Below are positions 1-12,900 of a stretch of DNA of 64,000 bases, piece after piece; position 1 is the first letter of the stretch; each line of letters opens with the position of its first letter. The position numbers were made by a program, and so were the translations under genes. Below the pieces are notes generated by a model. That model was not told where the DNA came from. It worked only from the letters and a program-made list of their open reading frames with translations, and searched no databases. The DNA is from Monocercomonoides exilis PA203 (lineage: Eukaryota > Protista > Preaxostyla): positions 1,240,001-1,304,000 of the forward strand of contig LSRY02000025.1 of NCBI GenBank assembly GCA_001643675.2, given 5' to 3'.

Positions 1-3000
1 TTTCATATCAGCAGACAGCGAACGATGTGATGCGAGAGAAAGAAGAGAAATCAGAAAGAAGAAACATTCCACGTCACAAATCACACAAATCCTTTTCACC
101 AGACTCTTCCACTTCAGATTCTTTTTCCTCCTCATCTTCATCCTCATCCTCCTCTCCTTCTTCTTCTTCCCGTGGTGCATCTGTCGTTGAGCAGCTACCC
201 CGCTTCGATGTGGAAGATGCCCGTATGTGTCATGCCATTCATGTCTGCGAGGCGATGAAGCTGTTTCCAGCAGGCGAGAGAACAAACCCCTTTTCTTCCT
301 CTTCAGGCACCCACATCTCCATCAGCGGGAATATTCCCCTTCAATTCGTGTCGTATGTCCTCTCTCTCCGCGCCCCTCAGCGCAACAACACAGTCGTCCC
401 TTCTGCAGCCATTGCTTATTACTCCAAGATCAGCTCCAATGACACTCTCGAGACAGACACAGATGGACTCCCTGCTCCTTCTACACGAAGTGACAGCGAC
501 GGCACCAGCGAGGATGATGATGGCAATGACAACAGCCGTCTTCCCCCGCAGCTGCTTGCAGAAGAAGGGCAGAGTGTGTTCTCCTTCCTGGTGCGTGTGT
601 ATGCTGTCCCTGTCTACGACGTTGCTGCCTTCGAGGCGTGTGCCATGCCTCAGCAGTATTCTCTGCATCTTCTGGCTGAGCAGCCTGATTTGTATGGCCA
701 GATCGCCCAGCAGGAGCCCAATGACTCCACAAACTCTGTCTCCTATCTGATACAAGCACTGACGGCACTCTACTTCCAGCACTCGATCGTCAACACTAAC
801 AACTTCAGCGCCTTTGTGCAGTACATTCTGAACAACCCCAACGACATCCCCTCTGACATCCTCATCAAACTCATCCATCTCTACTCTTCTCCTCCTTCTC
901 CCCCAAACACATCTGCTAATCAGACCGGTCAAAGACCTTCTTCTTCTTCCTCTTCTTCTTCTTCTTCTGATTATGGCGATGCCTCTTCTGATCCTCCTCT
1001 GCCGATCGATTGGGAGTTCCTTTTGAGTCTGCAGAGGAACCGCACACAACAACAGGACGAGAACAACAAGGACAAAAGAGACGGAGGGAATGCCTTTTTA
1101 GACAGCCTGCTGAGTGGGAAATACGACAAAACGCCAAACTCGTCTTCTCTTCCCAATCTGACTGAAGCAACGCCTTCACCTTATCCTCCAGACAGTCGCT
1201 TCAACCACGTGTCAGTCATTCTGATACTTGTCATTGTGGTGTTTGTGGCCTTCTTCACATTCAAAATATCAGCATTGTTCAGAAAGTTGAAGGAGCAGAA
1301 CGAACAGTTCTCTCTTCTGCTGAGGCAGGCCACTCAAAAGGGAATCAACACCACTCAATCAGAAGAGACAGCCTCTGGAACATCTCCTTCCTCTCAGATT
1401 GTCCATCCATCAGTCACACCAACAGGCACTCAATCGAGTCTCAACAGCAGCAGTTCTCCTTTAACGACGCCTGTTGAGTCATCTTCTGATGATTCCTCAT
1501 TCAACACAACTCCCACTCCTTCACAGACACCAACACAGACACCTTCTCCTCTGCCTTCTGAGCAGTCTGGTTCCACCTCTGCATCTCTTCCTGCCAGTCA
1601 TTCTTCTCCATCATCATCATCTTCTTCTTCTTCTTCTTCAGATTTGATCTCATCTGACCATTCACTCTTAGATCAATATTCTGCCTTCTATCCTTTCTCT
1701 TCGTCTTTTGGCGCAAGTCCTCTTTTCCCTTCATATTCAGGCTCATCTCCTTCATCCACCATTCCTCTCTTTTCTCTCACTTCTGATTCACATCACATAA
1801 ACACCAAGCAATCCTTGCTGATTTCTGCCTCTTCTTCTTCTTCTTCTGTTGCCATTGATCCGTCTACACTTCTTTCGCAAACACAAAATGTCCCTTCAAC
1901 TTTAACTCCCACAACATCCTCTTCCTCTTCAGAAATATCTCCCTCTCTCAGTTCTCTGACTTCATCTGAGCCATCACCTGCACTCTCCACATCATCAGCC
2001 ACTCCTCTCTCATCCAACACATCTTCATCACAGCAGCCAGATGCTGCCTCTCTCTCTTCACTATCATTGGCTACCTCTCCTATTGTCCTTCCCTCTGGTT
2101 ACATTCGTGTTGGACAAATCTTGGTGATGGAGACGCAATGCATCGGAATGGGATCGATGGGCACTTTTGTGTTCAGAGGCATGCTGGACGGGAGAGAAGT
2201 GGCTGTGAAGAGGATTCAGAGGGCAACGATGGACATTGTGGAGGCACAGAACAGGAAAGAAGAGGAGAATGCGCTGGAAGAGAGGAGGATGCATCGATCG
2301 AGAGAGAAAGAGAGAGGGAAAGTTGGGACTTCTTCACCCTCACCGTCACAAACAGTGGAGCAGTCGATCAACAGAGAAGTCTCATTGCTCATCAAATCAG
2401 AGAAGAACGAACATATTGTCAGATATTATGCGATGTTTGAGACGTCGCAGTTTATCTACATTGCCCTTGAGCTGTGCAGAGAGACACTTGCGCAGTGGGT
2501 GAAGAGATGCTTCGAGTGGAATGGGAATGAAGATGTTGAGTGGTGGCATCCATTGGTGAATATCAGCAATAGCAACAACAGCAACAGCAATAACAGCAGT
2601 CGGATGAAGGAAGAGGACAAAAACAAAAAGAATTGGAGCAGCAGAATTGCATCTGAAGACAACATGGCAGAAGAAGGGAGTCGAACAGATTCAGTCCGAA
2701 AGCGCGGGGCAGTCGATGGGGAAGAGTACAACATCACTCCAGAGAGGAGCATCACACGAGATCTGTCGAGACATCGGGGAATGCCAAATGTGCCCAAGAC
2801 AAAAAGAGGAAGAGTGAAAGAGAAGCAGCAGAATGACGACTCCATATCTCCCAGCTCATATCAGAAGCGCAATCCGTCCAATGACCAGTTTCACTACACC
2901 GTCTCTTCTCAGTCATCGTCAACGCCATCTTCTCCAAATCCTTCTTCTCCTCCACTTTCTCCTTCATTCTTACTCACTTCTCAAACAACTGTTCAATACT

Positions 3001-4871
3001 CCTCAAAAACATCAGACCAGCTTCCTTCATCTTCATCATCATCATCATCTTCTTCTTCTTCTTCTTCTTCCAATATCACTTCATCGATGTCTCCCTGTTC
3101 TTCCTCTTTCTCCTCTAAGCTCCTTCTCAATTCTGCTCCTCGCTTCCATCCGAATGCATTCTACACTCCACCTCCACTCCGCTCTTTGTTGCATGAGATT
3201 GCACTGGGCGTGCAGCATCTGCATCGTCTACACATTATTCACAGGGACATCAAGCCACGCAACATTCTGATTGATGGAGAAGGGCATGCAAAGATATCAG
3301 ACATGGGACTGTCTATTCAGATGCAGAATGTGGATGCCTCGTTCCTCTCGAGCATCTCAACCACATTCCCTCCACAGGCACTTCGGATGAACAGCTGCTC
3401 AAAGAGGAACAATGACGAAGATGACAACGAAGAAGGAGAAAGCAGCAGCTCAGAGGCAGACTCAGATGATGATGGGGGAGATGAAAACGAGGATGACGAG
3501 CTGAATGAAGAGTCCATCGGCTTTGTTTTGGAGGTGGATGAGAATGGAAAGCGAGTGAGGCAGCCGAATGAATGGGAGACAGAAGAGGAATGGATTTCAG
3601 GGGAAGACAGATGGTGGTGGGACATTGCATCAGTCATTGTGGAAGGAGATGTCGACGAGAGAAGACACATTCTGAACGGGATGGAACAGGAAAGGATACG
3701 AAAACTGCAGAAGAAAGAAGAGATGAGGAAGCACAAGATGGAGGAGGAGGCGCACAGAGAGATGGGATCTTACAGGCTGCTGAGTGTTGAGGGAGGAGTT
3801 GGGTCATATGGATGGCAGGCACCTGAAGTGGTGCTGAAGCGAAAGATGACCATCCCTCGCCTGCCAAAGAAGTCCAACTCATCTGCCTTCCAAACACGAC
3901 TGCTGACTTCATTCAATCCGCCTCAGCCTCCTTCCACTGTTCCCACTCCTGTTCTCCTCCCAGCCTCTCTTCTGCTTCCCTCCATTTTCAGCTCTTCTTC
4001 TCGACAGTCGAAGAATCAGCACATTTTGGAAGCCAAAGCAAGCGATGTGTTTTCGCTTGGATGTCTCATCTTTTATGTGCTGATGGGCGGAGACAGGGCA
4101 GATGCACAAAAACAGAAAAATCAGTCATTTTCTTCTGCGTTGTCCAGTCTGACTTCGTCTTCTTCTTCTGCGTCATCAGCCTCTTCTTCCACATTCAAGT
4201 TCTCTTCATATTCAAGTGCTACTTCAATGTCTGGTGGCTCTTCATATTTTCCTCAGGCTCTGAAGGCCATCTCAAGTCATCCATTTGGCCACACAGACGA
4301 AAGAGAGATGAACATCCTCTGCAACAATCCTCTTTTCCTACCATCGCTTCAGAATGTCGAGGCGCGTCTGCTCATCTTCCGAATGGTTGCCCCGTCGCCT
4401 CTCCATCGCCCCTCCATCAACGAAGTCGTTCTCCATCCTTTCTTTTGGACTCCCACAAAACGTCTCCAATTCCTGGTGGATGTCAGCAACTTGCTTGAAG
4501 AGCGGCCAGGAAGCGATCCGCTCAGTGTGTCATTCAGCCAGTGCTCGCAGCTTGTGTGTGGCGCAGACTGGACGCAGCTCATCCACCCCAGTCTGCTCGA
4601 CGACCTCACCTCGAAGCGCCCTTACAAGGGAGACTCACTCAGAGACCTTCTCAGAGCCATCAGGAACAAGGCATCCCACTTTGCGAACTCCACACAGCAA
4701 CTGCAGTCAGTCATTGGCAGCTCGACTGAGTCATTCATTGTGTACATGGAGCGCTCGTTTCCTCATCTTGTCATCATCACGTGGAACATCATCAGAAACA
4801 ACAGAGAAGCTGTCTCCCATCCTTCGTTAACACACTACTTCATCACCCCTCATCGGTCTTCGGCCGGTTGA
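1..4871 (+). CDS. IRE1: IRE1-like transmembrane Ser/Thr kinase-endoribonuclease (KEN domain), 5'-partial
   Basis: Frame is open from the window edge. TM helix [18 protein letters not shown]. Kinase motifs [55 protein letters not shown] RNase segment HPFFW...[16 protein letters not shown]. Long Ser-rich and acidic insertions. Confidence 0.92.
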   Translation, partial: SYQQTANDVMREKEEKSERRNIPRHKSHKSFSPDSSTSDSFSSSSSSSSSSPSSSSRGASVVEQLPRFDVEDARMCHAIHVCEAMKLFPAGERTNPFSSSSGTHISISGNIPLQFVSYVLSLRAPQRNNTVVPSAAIAYYSKISSNDTLETDTDGLPAPSTRSDSDGTSEDDDGNDNSRLPPQLLAEEGQSVFSFLVRVYAVPVYDVAAFEACAMPQQYSLHLLAEQPDLYGQIAQQEPNDSTNSVSYLIQALTALYFQHSIVNTNNFSAFVQYILNNPNDIPSDILIKLIHLYSSPPSPPNTSANQTGQRPSSSSSSSSSSDYGDASSDPPLPIDWEFLLSLQRNRTQQQDENNKDKRDGGNAFLDSLLSGKYDKTPNSSSLPNLTEATPSPYPPDSRFNHVSVILILVIVVFVAFFTFKISALFRKLKEQNEQFSLLLRQATQKGINTTQSEETASGTSPSSQIVHPSVTPTGTQSSLNSSSSPLTTPVESSSDDSSFNTTPTPSQTPTQTPSPLPSEQSGSTSASLPASHSSPSSSSSSSSSSDLISSDHSLLDQYSAFYPFSSSFGASPLFPSYSGSSPSSTIPLFSLTSDSHHINTKQSLLISASSSSSSVAIDPSTLLSQTQNVPSTLTPTTSSSSSEISPSLSSLTSSEPSPALSTSSATPLSSNTSSSQQPDAASLSSLSLATSPIVLPSGYIRVGQILVMETQCIGMGSMGTFVFRGMLDGREVAVKRIQRATMDIVEAQNRKEEENALEERRMHRSREKERGKVGTSSPSPSQTVEQSINREVSLLIKSEKNEHIVRYYAMFETSQFIYIALELCRETLAQWVKRCFEWNGNEDVEWWHPLVNISNSNNSNSNNSSRMKEEDKNKKNWSSRIASEDNMAEEGSRTDSVRKRGAVDGEEYNITPERSITRDLSRHRGMPNVPKTKRGRVKEKQQNDDSISPSSYQKRNPSNDQFHYTVSSQSSSTPSSPNPSSPPLSPSFLLTSQTTVQYSSKTSDQLPSSSSSSSSSSSSSSSNITSSMSPCSSSFSSKLLLNSAPRFHPNAFYTPPPLRSLLHEIALGVQHLHRLHIIHRDIKPRNILIDGEGHAKISDMGLSIQMQNVDASFLSSISTTFPPQALRMNSCSKRNNDEDDNEEGESSSSEADSDDDGGDENEDDELNEESIGFVLEVDENGKRVRQPNEWETEEEWISGEDRWWWDIASVIVEGDVDERRHILNGMEQERIRKLQKKEEMRKHKMEEEAHREMGSYRLLSVEGGVGSYGWQAPEVVLKRKMTIPRLPKKSNSSAFQTRLLTSFNPPQPPSTVPTPVLLPASLLLPSIFSSSSRQSKNQHILEAKASDVFSLGCLIFYVLMGGDRADAQKQKNQSFSSALSSLTSSSSSASSASSSTFKFSSYSSATSMSGGSSYFPQALKAISSHPFGHTDEREMNILCNNPLFLPSLQNVEARLLIFRMVAPSPLHRPSINEVVLHPFFWTPTKRLQFLVDVSNLLEERPGSDPLSVSFSQCSQLVCGADWTQLIHPSLLDDLTSKRPYKGDSLRDLLRAIRNKASHFANSTQQLQSVIGSSTESFIVYMERSFPHLVIITWNIIRNNREAVSHPSLTHYFITPHRSSAG

Positions 4872-5607
4872 GCATCTTTATTCGGATATAATTGTGTTGT
4901 TTTTGTTTTGCTGAGGGCATGTTCTTTGCAGTAGTTTAGTTTTGTCTTAGCATATTTTTTCATAGTATTTATTTGCTATTCATAATGTTCGCTCACTATG
5001 AATAAAACTATTTCAATTTTGTTGTCATTTTAATGTTGTTTTTTCTGTATTTTTCGTGTTTTACGCGTAAACTAATAGTAAAATTTATCAATCTCCTTGT
5101 TTGTTATTTTTTTAAGAAATCTTGAATGAGTTCAAAGCAATAATTGACAAAAAAAAGTCATTTTTTCATTGAATTTCAACGTAATTTATGTGGTGAATGA
5201 GACGATCATGAGAATGTCATTGCTCCTCACAAATTAATAAACAATCATTTTTTCATTTATATGTGAATTATCCACTTTCGTTTTTATGTCACAATAATAA
5301 AAACAAGTTATTTTATGTTGACATTAGAAAAATAGTATTTCTCATAATTGTTCAAATGATACTTTTCTTTATAAATTGAAAATAATAATAGAAATATCAA
5401 AAACGAAAAATTACCGAAAGCAAGTCAAAACAAAAAATGACTCAATATTCATTCAATTTCTCAAACAATATGCGAATGCAAACGATTATAAAAATTACAA
5501 ACCGTAATTAGCCAAAAACAAAATTAACTAAAAATCATTGCAATAACTTCAAATACAACAAAGACGATATTTATTTTTCAAAAAGTAAATAATTATTGTA
5601 ACACAAA

Positions 5608-7987
5608 TCATTGAGCCTTCTCCTCACTATTCGCACAGTTCTCCTCAGACACCTTCCAGTTGAGCGTCACATTCACCATTTCAGCTCCAGATGGTGCTTC
5701 TGTTTCAGATTTAACCCCTTTCCACAAGTGCAGTTGGTTCAGACATTCTGCTGCTGCAACTGGAATCTCTCTTGTTGGATGAGTCAGCAAAGAAGTGAGC
5801 ACTGATTCAAAATCAACCTCTTCGCACACAGCACACATGTGCTGCAAAAGTGATCGTGCTCGAATATCTGACACAGCCAGAAGGGCAACAGGACGCATTG
5901 ATGACAACTCTGCTTCGTTCTTTTGTGAGTGTTTGGTTTCTGATTCCTGTTTTGTTGAATCAAAATCAAACTCACAAGCACATTCGCAATCTGATGTTTC
6001 GTTCTCTCTTTCTTTGCTCTCTTCTTTCTCTTCTTTCTCTTTCGCTTTCTCCTCTTCCTTCTTCTTGTTTGCTTCTGCATGTCGCTCTTCGCCGTCGTCT
6101 TCGCAGCAAAGCCAACTCCCCTCGCATTCTTTTTCGCAGCATGATTGTTCTTGTGCTCTTCTCACAGGGCGCTTGAGATGAGTTCTGATGAGAACGATGT
6201 CAAAGAATGAGTGGACAACCTGCAGCAGCCCAACAAGAATCCTCGCAATGCCTTCTCTTCCGTCCGTAGCAGCACGCAGAAAAGGAAGGAACGCTGGGTG
6301 TTCCATCATCAGGAATGCAAGCTCCTCTGAGATGTGGGGGTTGGGGTTGCGAGGTGTGTGAATGAAGAGGATGGTCTGAAGGCAGCGGACAGCGTGGAAT
6401 CTGATTGACGATGGGTGAAATGCGAGTGGAGGGAAAGGAAGGTTTGCCAATGAGAAAGAAGTGCAAGTCGAGGATGAAGAATTATCGAAAGATGAAGAAG
6501 AAGAAGAAGAAGAAGAAGAAACAGATGCTGATGCTGAAGCAGAAGAAGCAGAAGGGATTGTTGAGATTGATTGAGTAATTTCTTCACAATCAGAACACTT
6601 TTTGCTGGAGTTTGCATCAGAATCAGAACAATCAGAACTGTGAACACATGCTGCATAGTACACAAAATGGAGTATTTCTGGTGTCTGTGCGAATGAAATG
6701 CATGATTCCTGAGACCAATACAGCAGTCGCCGAATAAACCGCAAGATCCATTCGCAAAGATGAGACCGTTTTGGTTGATATAATTTCTGGAAAAGTTGAG
6801 AGGCAGGCAAGAACGAGCTTGTTCCATCTGGAACTGAGTGCGTTGCCTTATTGTTTTTGATTTGCTCTTTATCAACATCAGACGATGAAGTCAAGATTGA
6901 AGAAGATGGCAAATGTGAGTCAGATCTATTGCAAACTTGATTACTCCTTTCTTCTTTTGAGGTATTTTCTTTTTTTACTGCAGGCGACAGTTCGCTTTCT
7001 TCTTCTGAGTCATCGACTATCCTCAGAGCTTTCACAAGAAGTTCCATCATGGACTTTCCTACTATCGCATTGGGAAGTGGAGAATGTGGCTGATAAACCA
7101 ATTCGAATAAGCATCGGATGCATCCGCATAAAACTGCAATTTTATTCGATGGGTTCAAGTCTGCTTTCGTTTCAATGACCCTTTGCATTAATTCAATCAC
7201 TGCTTCAGCTATTTTATGATCCTTGAAAATATCACGACAATCTAACAATATTGTTATGTCTTCTAAGAAACAGAAAATATAAAAAATACCTGATCCTTCG
7301 CAAATTACTCCAAGAGCGCATAAGATATCAATACATTCAGTGGTATTTTGATCAGTTTCTGGGTACTCTGATAGGCATTCAAGAAACAAAGATGCAATTG
7401 AATGTGATAGAGGCAATGAAATTTCTCTAAATTTATTCATATGACATATTATTTTTGCGCAACGTTTTCTAGTTGGTAAAGGACATTTTTGGTCTGTTAT
7501 TAAATGTTCAAAAACAAGATTAGCTTTACTTCTTCTAATTGAAGTTCGAATTTCATTAAAACCAAATTCAACTGTAGATAGTGATGTTCTTTGTAAAATT
7601 TTTTCCAATACTTGGAGTGAAATAAAGTCTATGCAAGGAAAAGGTTCTTGTGGTAAAGTCGAAACAAGAGTCTTTATGAAATGAGGTGTAACTGCAACTT
7701 TAACTTCCTCCTGTGAAAGGGTTTGAATAAATTTGTGAAGCTTTTGTATAGCCTGAATCTGATTTTCTCCTTCCGTTTTTTGAATTTCATCAAGTATTTC
7801 CATGATAGGTTCTGAAAAACAAATCATTACAATAAATAATTGTTCTTTGAATAAAATGCACACTTTGGTAAGGCATTGGATTCTCTATTGGCTCCATGAT
7901 TAATGGGGGTGCGTGTGGAATCTGACGTCGAAATCTTAAATCAAAAGATAGCTCTGCATTCATCATTAAAAATTGATCGTATCCCAT
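5608..7987 (-). CDS. Hypothetical helical (ARM/HEAT-like) protein, spliced
   Basis: ATG at 7987. GT-AG intron 7863-7812 joins YQ-K-PIM in frame. Probable in-frame 48-nt intron 7289-7242. Leu-rich amphipathic helices; no diagnostic motif. Confidence 0.6.
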
Positions 7988-8305
7988 GGTAATTTATTAA
8001 TTTGGCTTGAGATTAAATATTCATTCATTCTTGTTTTGTTGTTTCTTTCGTTGTTTTCTTTTGAAAAAATTAATTCGCTTTGTTGTTAAAAATGTGATAG
8101 TTTTAGTCATCTTGTAATTGCTTTTTTTAACAGATGAATGAATGCTTTTCAAATCCTCCTGTTAAAGATATTTTCTTTCAAAAATCTGTTTTCCTCTTGT
8201 TTCAATCTTTATTTAATTTTATTTTTAATTTTTTTTTTTTGAAACCCCTTATAATATTTTTTTCATTTTTCAAGAAGATTTTGGTTTTTTCATTGAATAC
8301 GCTTC

Positions 8306-9793
8306 ATGTCAAATCAAAATTTAAGTGCACCTCCTTGTATTACATAATTCTAATTTTATTTTAATATTTATTTTTAGAAACTTATCCATTTATTCTTTGC
8401 CATGGGATTGCACGTTTTGACATTATTCTAAAGTATCTTTTTCAAACAGAAAGATGCTCTTTGTTCGATTGCTTTCATTATTTCTCCGGAGTGAAAACTT
8501 TTCTTCGTTCTCTTGGTTTTCAAGTTGAACATTGCTCGCTTGGTTTTGCCCAATCAATTGAAATAAGGAAAAAAGTATTTATATTTTTTTTTATAATGTG
8601 AAATTCGTTTTTTAAAAATATGCATGTATGTAGCAAATGAAAAAAAATATTGAAGCTGTCCTTGAAAAATATCATTCTTCAAAAGTTCATTTGATTTGCC
8701 ATTCAATGGCTGGTTTAGATGCGCGCCATATGATATATGATTATCGTAATGAGAATTTCCATCATGTATTAGTTCTCATATATTAATTAGATAATTTTAT
8801 GTTTTTTCAATATCCATTTAGCATATTGCATCAATTACAACATTATCAACCCCTCATCACGGCAGTGCTGCCGCTGCATGGCTTTTAGAAAGCACTTTTT
8901 TTGGATATTCATATAGGAAAAAAAGAGAAGCATTATACATGAAAAATCCTGCATATCAAGAAAGTCTGTGTAAGCAGCATCACTCTCATTCTTGCTCAAG
9001 TCAAAACTCTTATGCACACAAAGATGATGATAATGATTTATCTCCGATGCTTCCTACAGAAACAAAAACACCTCTCTCAAGTTCACAATATCCTACACCT
9101 TCTGGTTGTGAACCAGAATTTATGGAGGAAGTGATTTCGACTCCTCCTCTGCCGATTGAGGCTTCCATACGTGGCACACACTTTCTGTTTTTGAATGTCG
9201 ATGGGTACATTGATCTCTTGCCTTCAATGTGCGAGTATTATAATACACTCTTCGAGAACTTCGAGAAAAATTGTGGAGTTGCATTTCGTGCAATTGCATG
9301 TAAAAGGGAACACAGCGCAGTCATGCTACCTCTTCGGATCACTGAATCTTTACTACGCAAAAGCGATACTCAAAAATTGTCTGTTGCTGATAACTTTAAA
9401 AATGGCAAAGAACGGGAAAAAGAAAGAAAGAGCCCAAATGTTGAAGAAGAATCACAAATGCGCTCTTCAAGAGCAGACAATTTTCGAAGTTTTGGAGATG
9501 CAACTTTTCAAAGAACTCGCACACCATGTTTGACCGATCCAATTGTTGCTGGCTTTGAAGAAGGGGATAATGATGGATGTGTGACAGTACGTTCTGCAAT
9601 GTGGAAGGATGAATATTTTCATCCTCCAATTTGGGATGGGGATCATATATCAAGCCTTGGCTGGCCAACTCTTTCAGCCTTTTTTGCTGGGCATGGATCT
9701 TTTTGCGCTCAACGAAAAAAACATTTTGCTCAATGGAAAGATTTAGCTTTGGAGATTGCAGAGCAATTTCCAATTTGCGGAACGTCTCCATAA
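8306..9793 (+). CDS. Alpha/beta-hydrolase triacylglycerol lipase (bacterial family I / TGL2-like), 4 exons
   Basis: Splicing 8325-8377, 8575-8633 and 8766-8821 gives YPFILCHG...KVHLICHSMAGLDAR...IASITTLSTPHHGS...DNDGCV...DGDH, i.e. the oxyanion HG and a Ser-Asp-His triad. Start codon is uncertain. Confidence 0.85.
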
Positions 9794-9939
9794 TTATAAA
9801 TGATTTTTATTGAATTTAAATAGTTTTTTGTTTTTTTGTGGATATATTTCTTTGATATTTTCAAAAATTTTCAAAAAATTATTTGACTGAAAAGTAAACA
9901 ATGGTTTTGATCATCTTGCGTTAAAGTATTTGGGGAAAA

Positions 9940-12900
9940 ATGGAAACGTATTTCTCTGATTGTACGTTTTTTACTCCATCAGATACATTCAACGAATCGT
10001 TTCATTTCCCCTCCAAATTCAGTGAGGTAATTACTTTGCTTCTTGAAAATGACGAATCAAGATTAATAGAAGAACGTCAAGCTCTTGAATCTCTTGATGT
10101 TCAAGGTTTAAAGCGAAACTTTTCACTTTTAATACTCTTTATATTTAATTTTTTGTTCAACTATTTAAATAAATTTTCTTTTTTAATTAATGCTTGCTGT
10201 TTTAGTTTACTCCTGCGAAACAACAACTGATGCTTTTGAAATTCTTGAATTACATCCAGATATCAACTGCTTGATTTTTAATGTTAATTCTCGTCCATTA
10301 TTAGGTTCAGAATTTGTAAGATCAGTTAGACAAAGGCTTTCTTCTTCACAACCTCCAATGCTCGGTATATATTGTTGAGATTTTTCGTTTACAAAATTTA
10401 TTATTTCATTGCTTGTTTCCCCTCAATTTTTGACAGCAATTACTTCTCAAGATTCTATCAAACTTGCTCTGGATTGTTTAAGAGATGGTGCAACAAATTA
10501 CCTCTTTTATCCCTGTTCTGGGACTGATTTTGAAAATTGCATTCGCTGGACTTTCAGAGAAATGTATCTTCATTTGATCAACCAACATCAAACAACAAGT
10601 TCTTCTTCAGATTTGCCATCGAAAGATTCAACACCAACCAGATTTGATTCAGATCCTGAGGTTTAATAATTAATTACTGTAAATTTAACGTTATAATTAT
10701 TTTTTAGAAAACAATTTTGTATCATTTGGATCGGCTGGTGGAATCCATTCACACTTCACTTGCAACTTCATTTCCCATTACACCATCAACACAATCAGGA
10801 AACTTGCAAAAAAATAATTTTTCTCCTTCATCTGTTGGTTCTCAGTCGTCCATCATTTCATCTACTTTTGCATCTGCCTCGTACAGAGCTGCAATTGAGC
10901 GGTCGGTGGAGCTGATAGTCAACACAACAAAAGAGGTGGTGATGTGCTTGGACTTAAAGAGGAAGGAGCGTGAAGCGCAAAATGCCGATTTGTATGGCGC
11001 CGAAAATGGAAATGGTTTTGCAGAAGACGACTGGGAAGAAGACGAAGAATACGAAGAGCTCATAAAAGAGATAGACGAAAGGCACGGGCCTCGGTCGATG
11101 TCTCCTCCCTCTCCTGTTCCGCCTCAGATGCAGCCCAGCCACAGCAGACGCCCATCGGCACTCACACCAGAAATGGCAGGCAGTCTGAACGAGCCAGTCA
11201 GAAGAACAGCGCCTTCCACGCCTCGTTCACGCTCGCGGTCATCTCCTTATCTGCAGACATATTCTGCCCATCCACTCTCATCCACTGCATACGGCACCCA
11301 CACTTCGTCCACTGTCTCTCTCCCCTCGTGGCTGAATCCGTCTTCTTCTCCTTCTCCTTTCCCTCCCGCTGGCTCCCCCACAGCCAGCCAGATCATCCCA
11401 ACCAGCTATCCTTCTTTTGCCTCTCCTCCTTCTCAGAGCAAGCCTTTCTCTTCAAAACAGCTTCTCTTCTCAAGTCAGCACTCGCAGCTGTACTCTTCTC
11501 AAACAGGCATCCAACCAACTACACCTCCAACCACGCAACACATTGGCTCATCATCAAAATCCAACAGTTCATCTTCTTTGGCATCCCCTTCATCGTCTGC
11601 TGCACATATTCCATTGAATAATTCATCAACATCAACATCAACAGCATCTTCTTCTTCTACTTCTTCTAATTCCACCTCATCTGTCTCATCTGCCTCTCAT
11701 TCAGCACATCCTTCAATGGCTGACAATGTGGCTGTCTCTGACCCTCTCCCTGACATCGACACTTCAATCTTCATTTCTCCCTTCTCCATGTCATTCGACC
11801 CACCTCCATTGAACAAGATAGCTGAATCCACACCTCCTCTCCAGACAACCTCATTGCTCGCATCTTCTGGCAGTGCTTCTCCTTCCACTCTGTCTCCATT
11901 CTCCACTCCTCGTCCTTCTGTCTCTTCTTCTGCCACTGCTGCAATTGGGCTTGCTTCTGATACACCTTCCTCTTTATCTGCATCAGATGGTCATTCTAAT
12001 TCATCTCCTGAATCTTCTTCTGATTCTTCTTCTTCTTCTTCGACATCTTCTCTTTCATCTTATTCATCTTCATCTCCAGCTATCGTTGGCTCTACCTCCA
12101 GTTTATCAACCATCTCTTCTTCCTCTTCAATTTCTATGACTTTGTCTGCTTCTTCTTCAGGAATCAAAACGGATAACACAAACAACAGAAATAGCATCTC
12201 CAATATACTTCCTTCGTCTCATTCTTCTTCTCTCATCAAAGCTGAGCTTGTTGCACACACACCTGATTCTGTTCCATTTAACTCCAATCACAACACAGAC
12301 AGACTCTCATCATCATCTTCTTCTTCTTCCAATGAAATCAATGGAAATATGTCATCTCTCACCAACTATGTCATTTCTGCAGCGAATGCCACCAAGCCAG
12401 TGGAGCTGTTTGATTCCCATCCGCTCTCTCTCCTTGTGAATGGGATCAATCTTGCATTGGGCGCAGTCTTTGCCAAACTGCCAGTTGCCATGCAGCCAAA
12501 CGGAGTATTCACATACGACGGGGCATCTGCTGTCTCTCAGCCACCTGCACAGCTCAGAATACTCTTCAGAAACAGCAAGACTCCTTCCGTTCCTCATCCA
12601 CTTTCTCTTCCTTCTCTTCCATCTTTTGTGCCATCGCCTGTGACACACAACTCCTCAACAGCGATTGATCTGAAGATGAACAACTGCTGCTGGACCTTCC
12701 CAGCCTCATTCACCCGCCCTCTCTCTTCCTCTGCCCCATTTCAGTTCCACTCCTCCCGCACACTCAATCGCCTCATCTTCCTCAACCCCCACCTCTTCAT
12801 CGAATCCATCCGCCCTTCTTCCCGCCGTCCCCTCTGCTCCTCTGATGCCCATGCACACTCAGCCCCTTCTCTTCCTGCTCCTCTCTCGTCTGCTCTTTCT

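Noticed and set aside
227-4830. Many short overlapping or antisense ORFs within IRE1 (likewise within the PDE and the 2598-aa gene)
   Set aside because: Shadow frames of long low-complexity coding sequences.
8306-9793. TAA/TAG read as Gln, as in some oxymonads
   Set aside because: Long conserved ORFs have no internal TAR and several genes end in TAA. The apparent T|AA junction in the lipase disappears with the GT donor at 8325.
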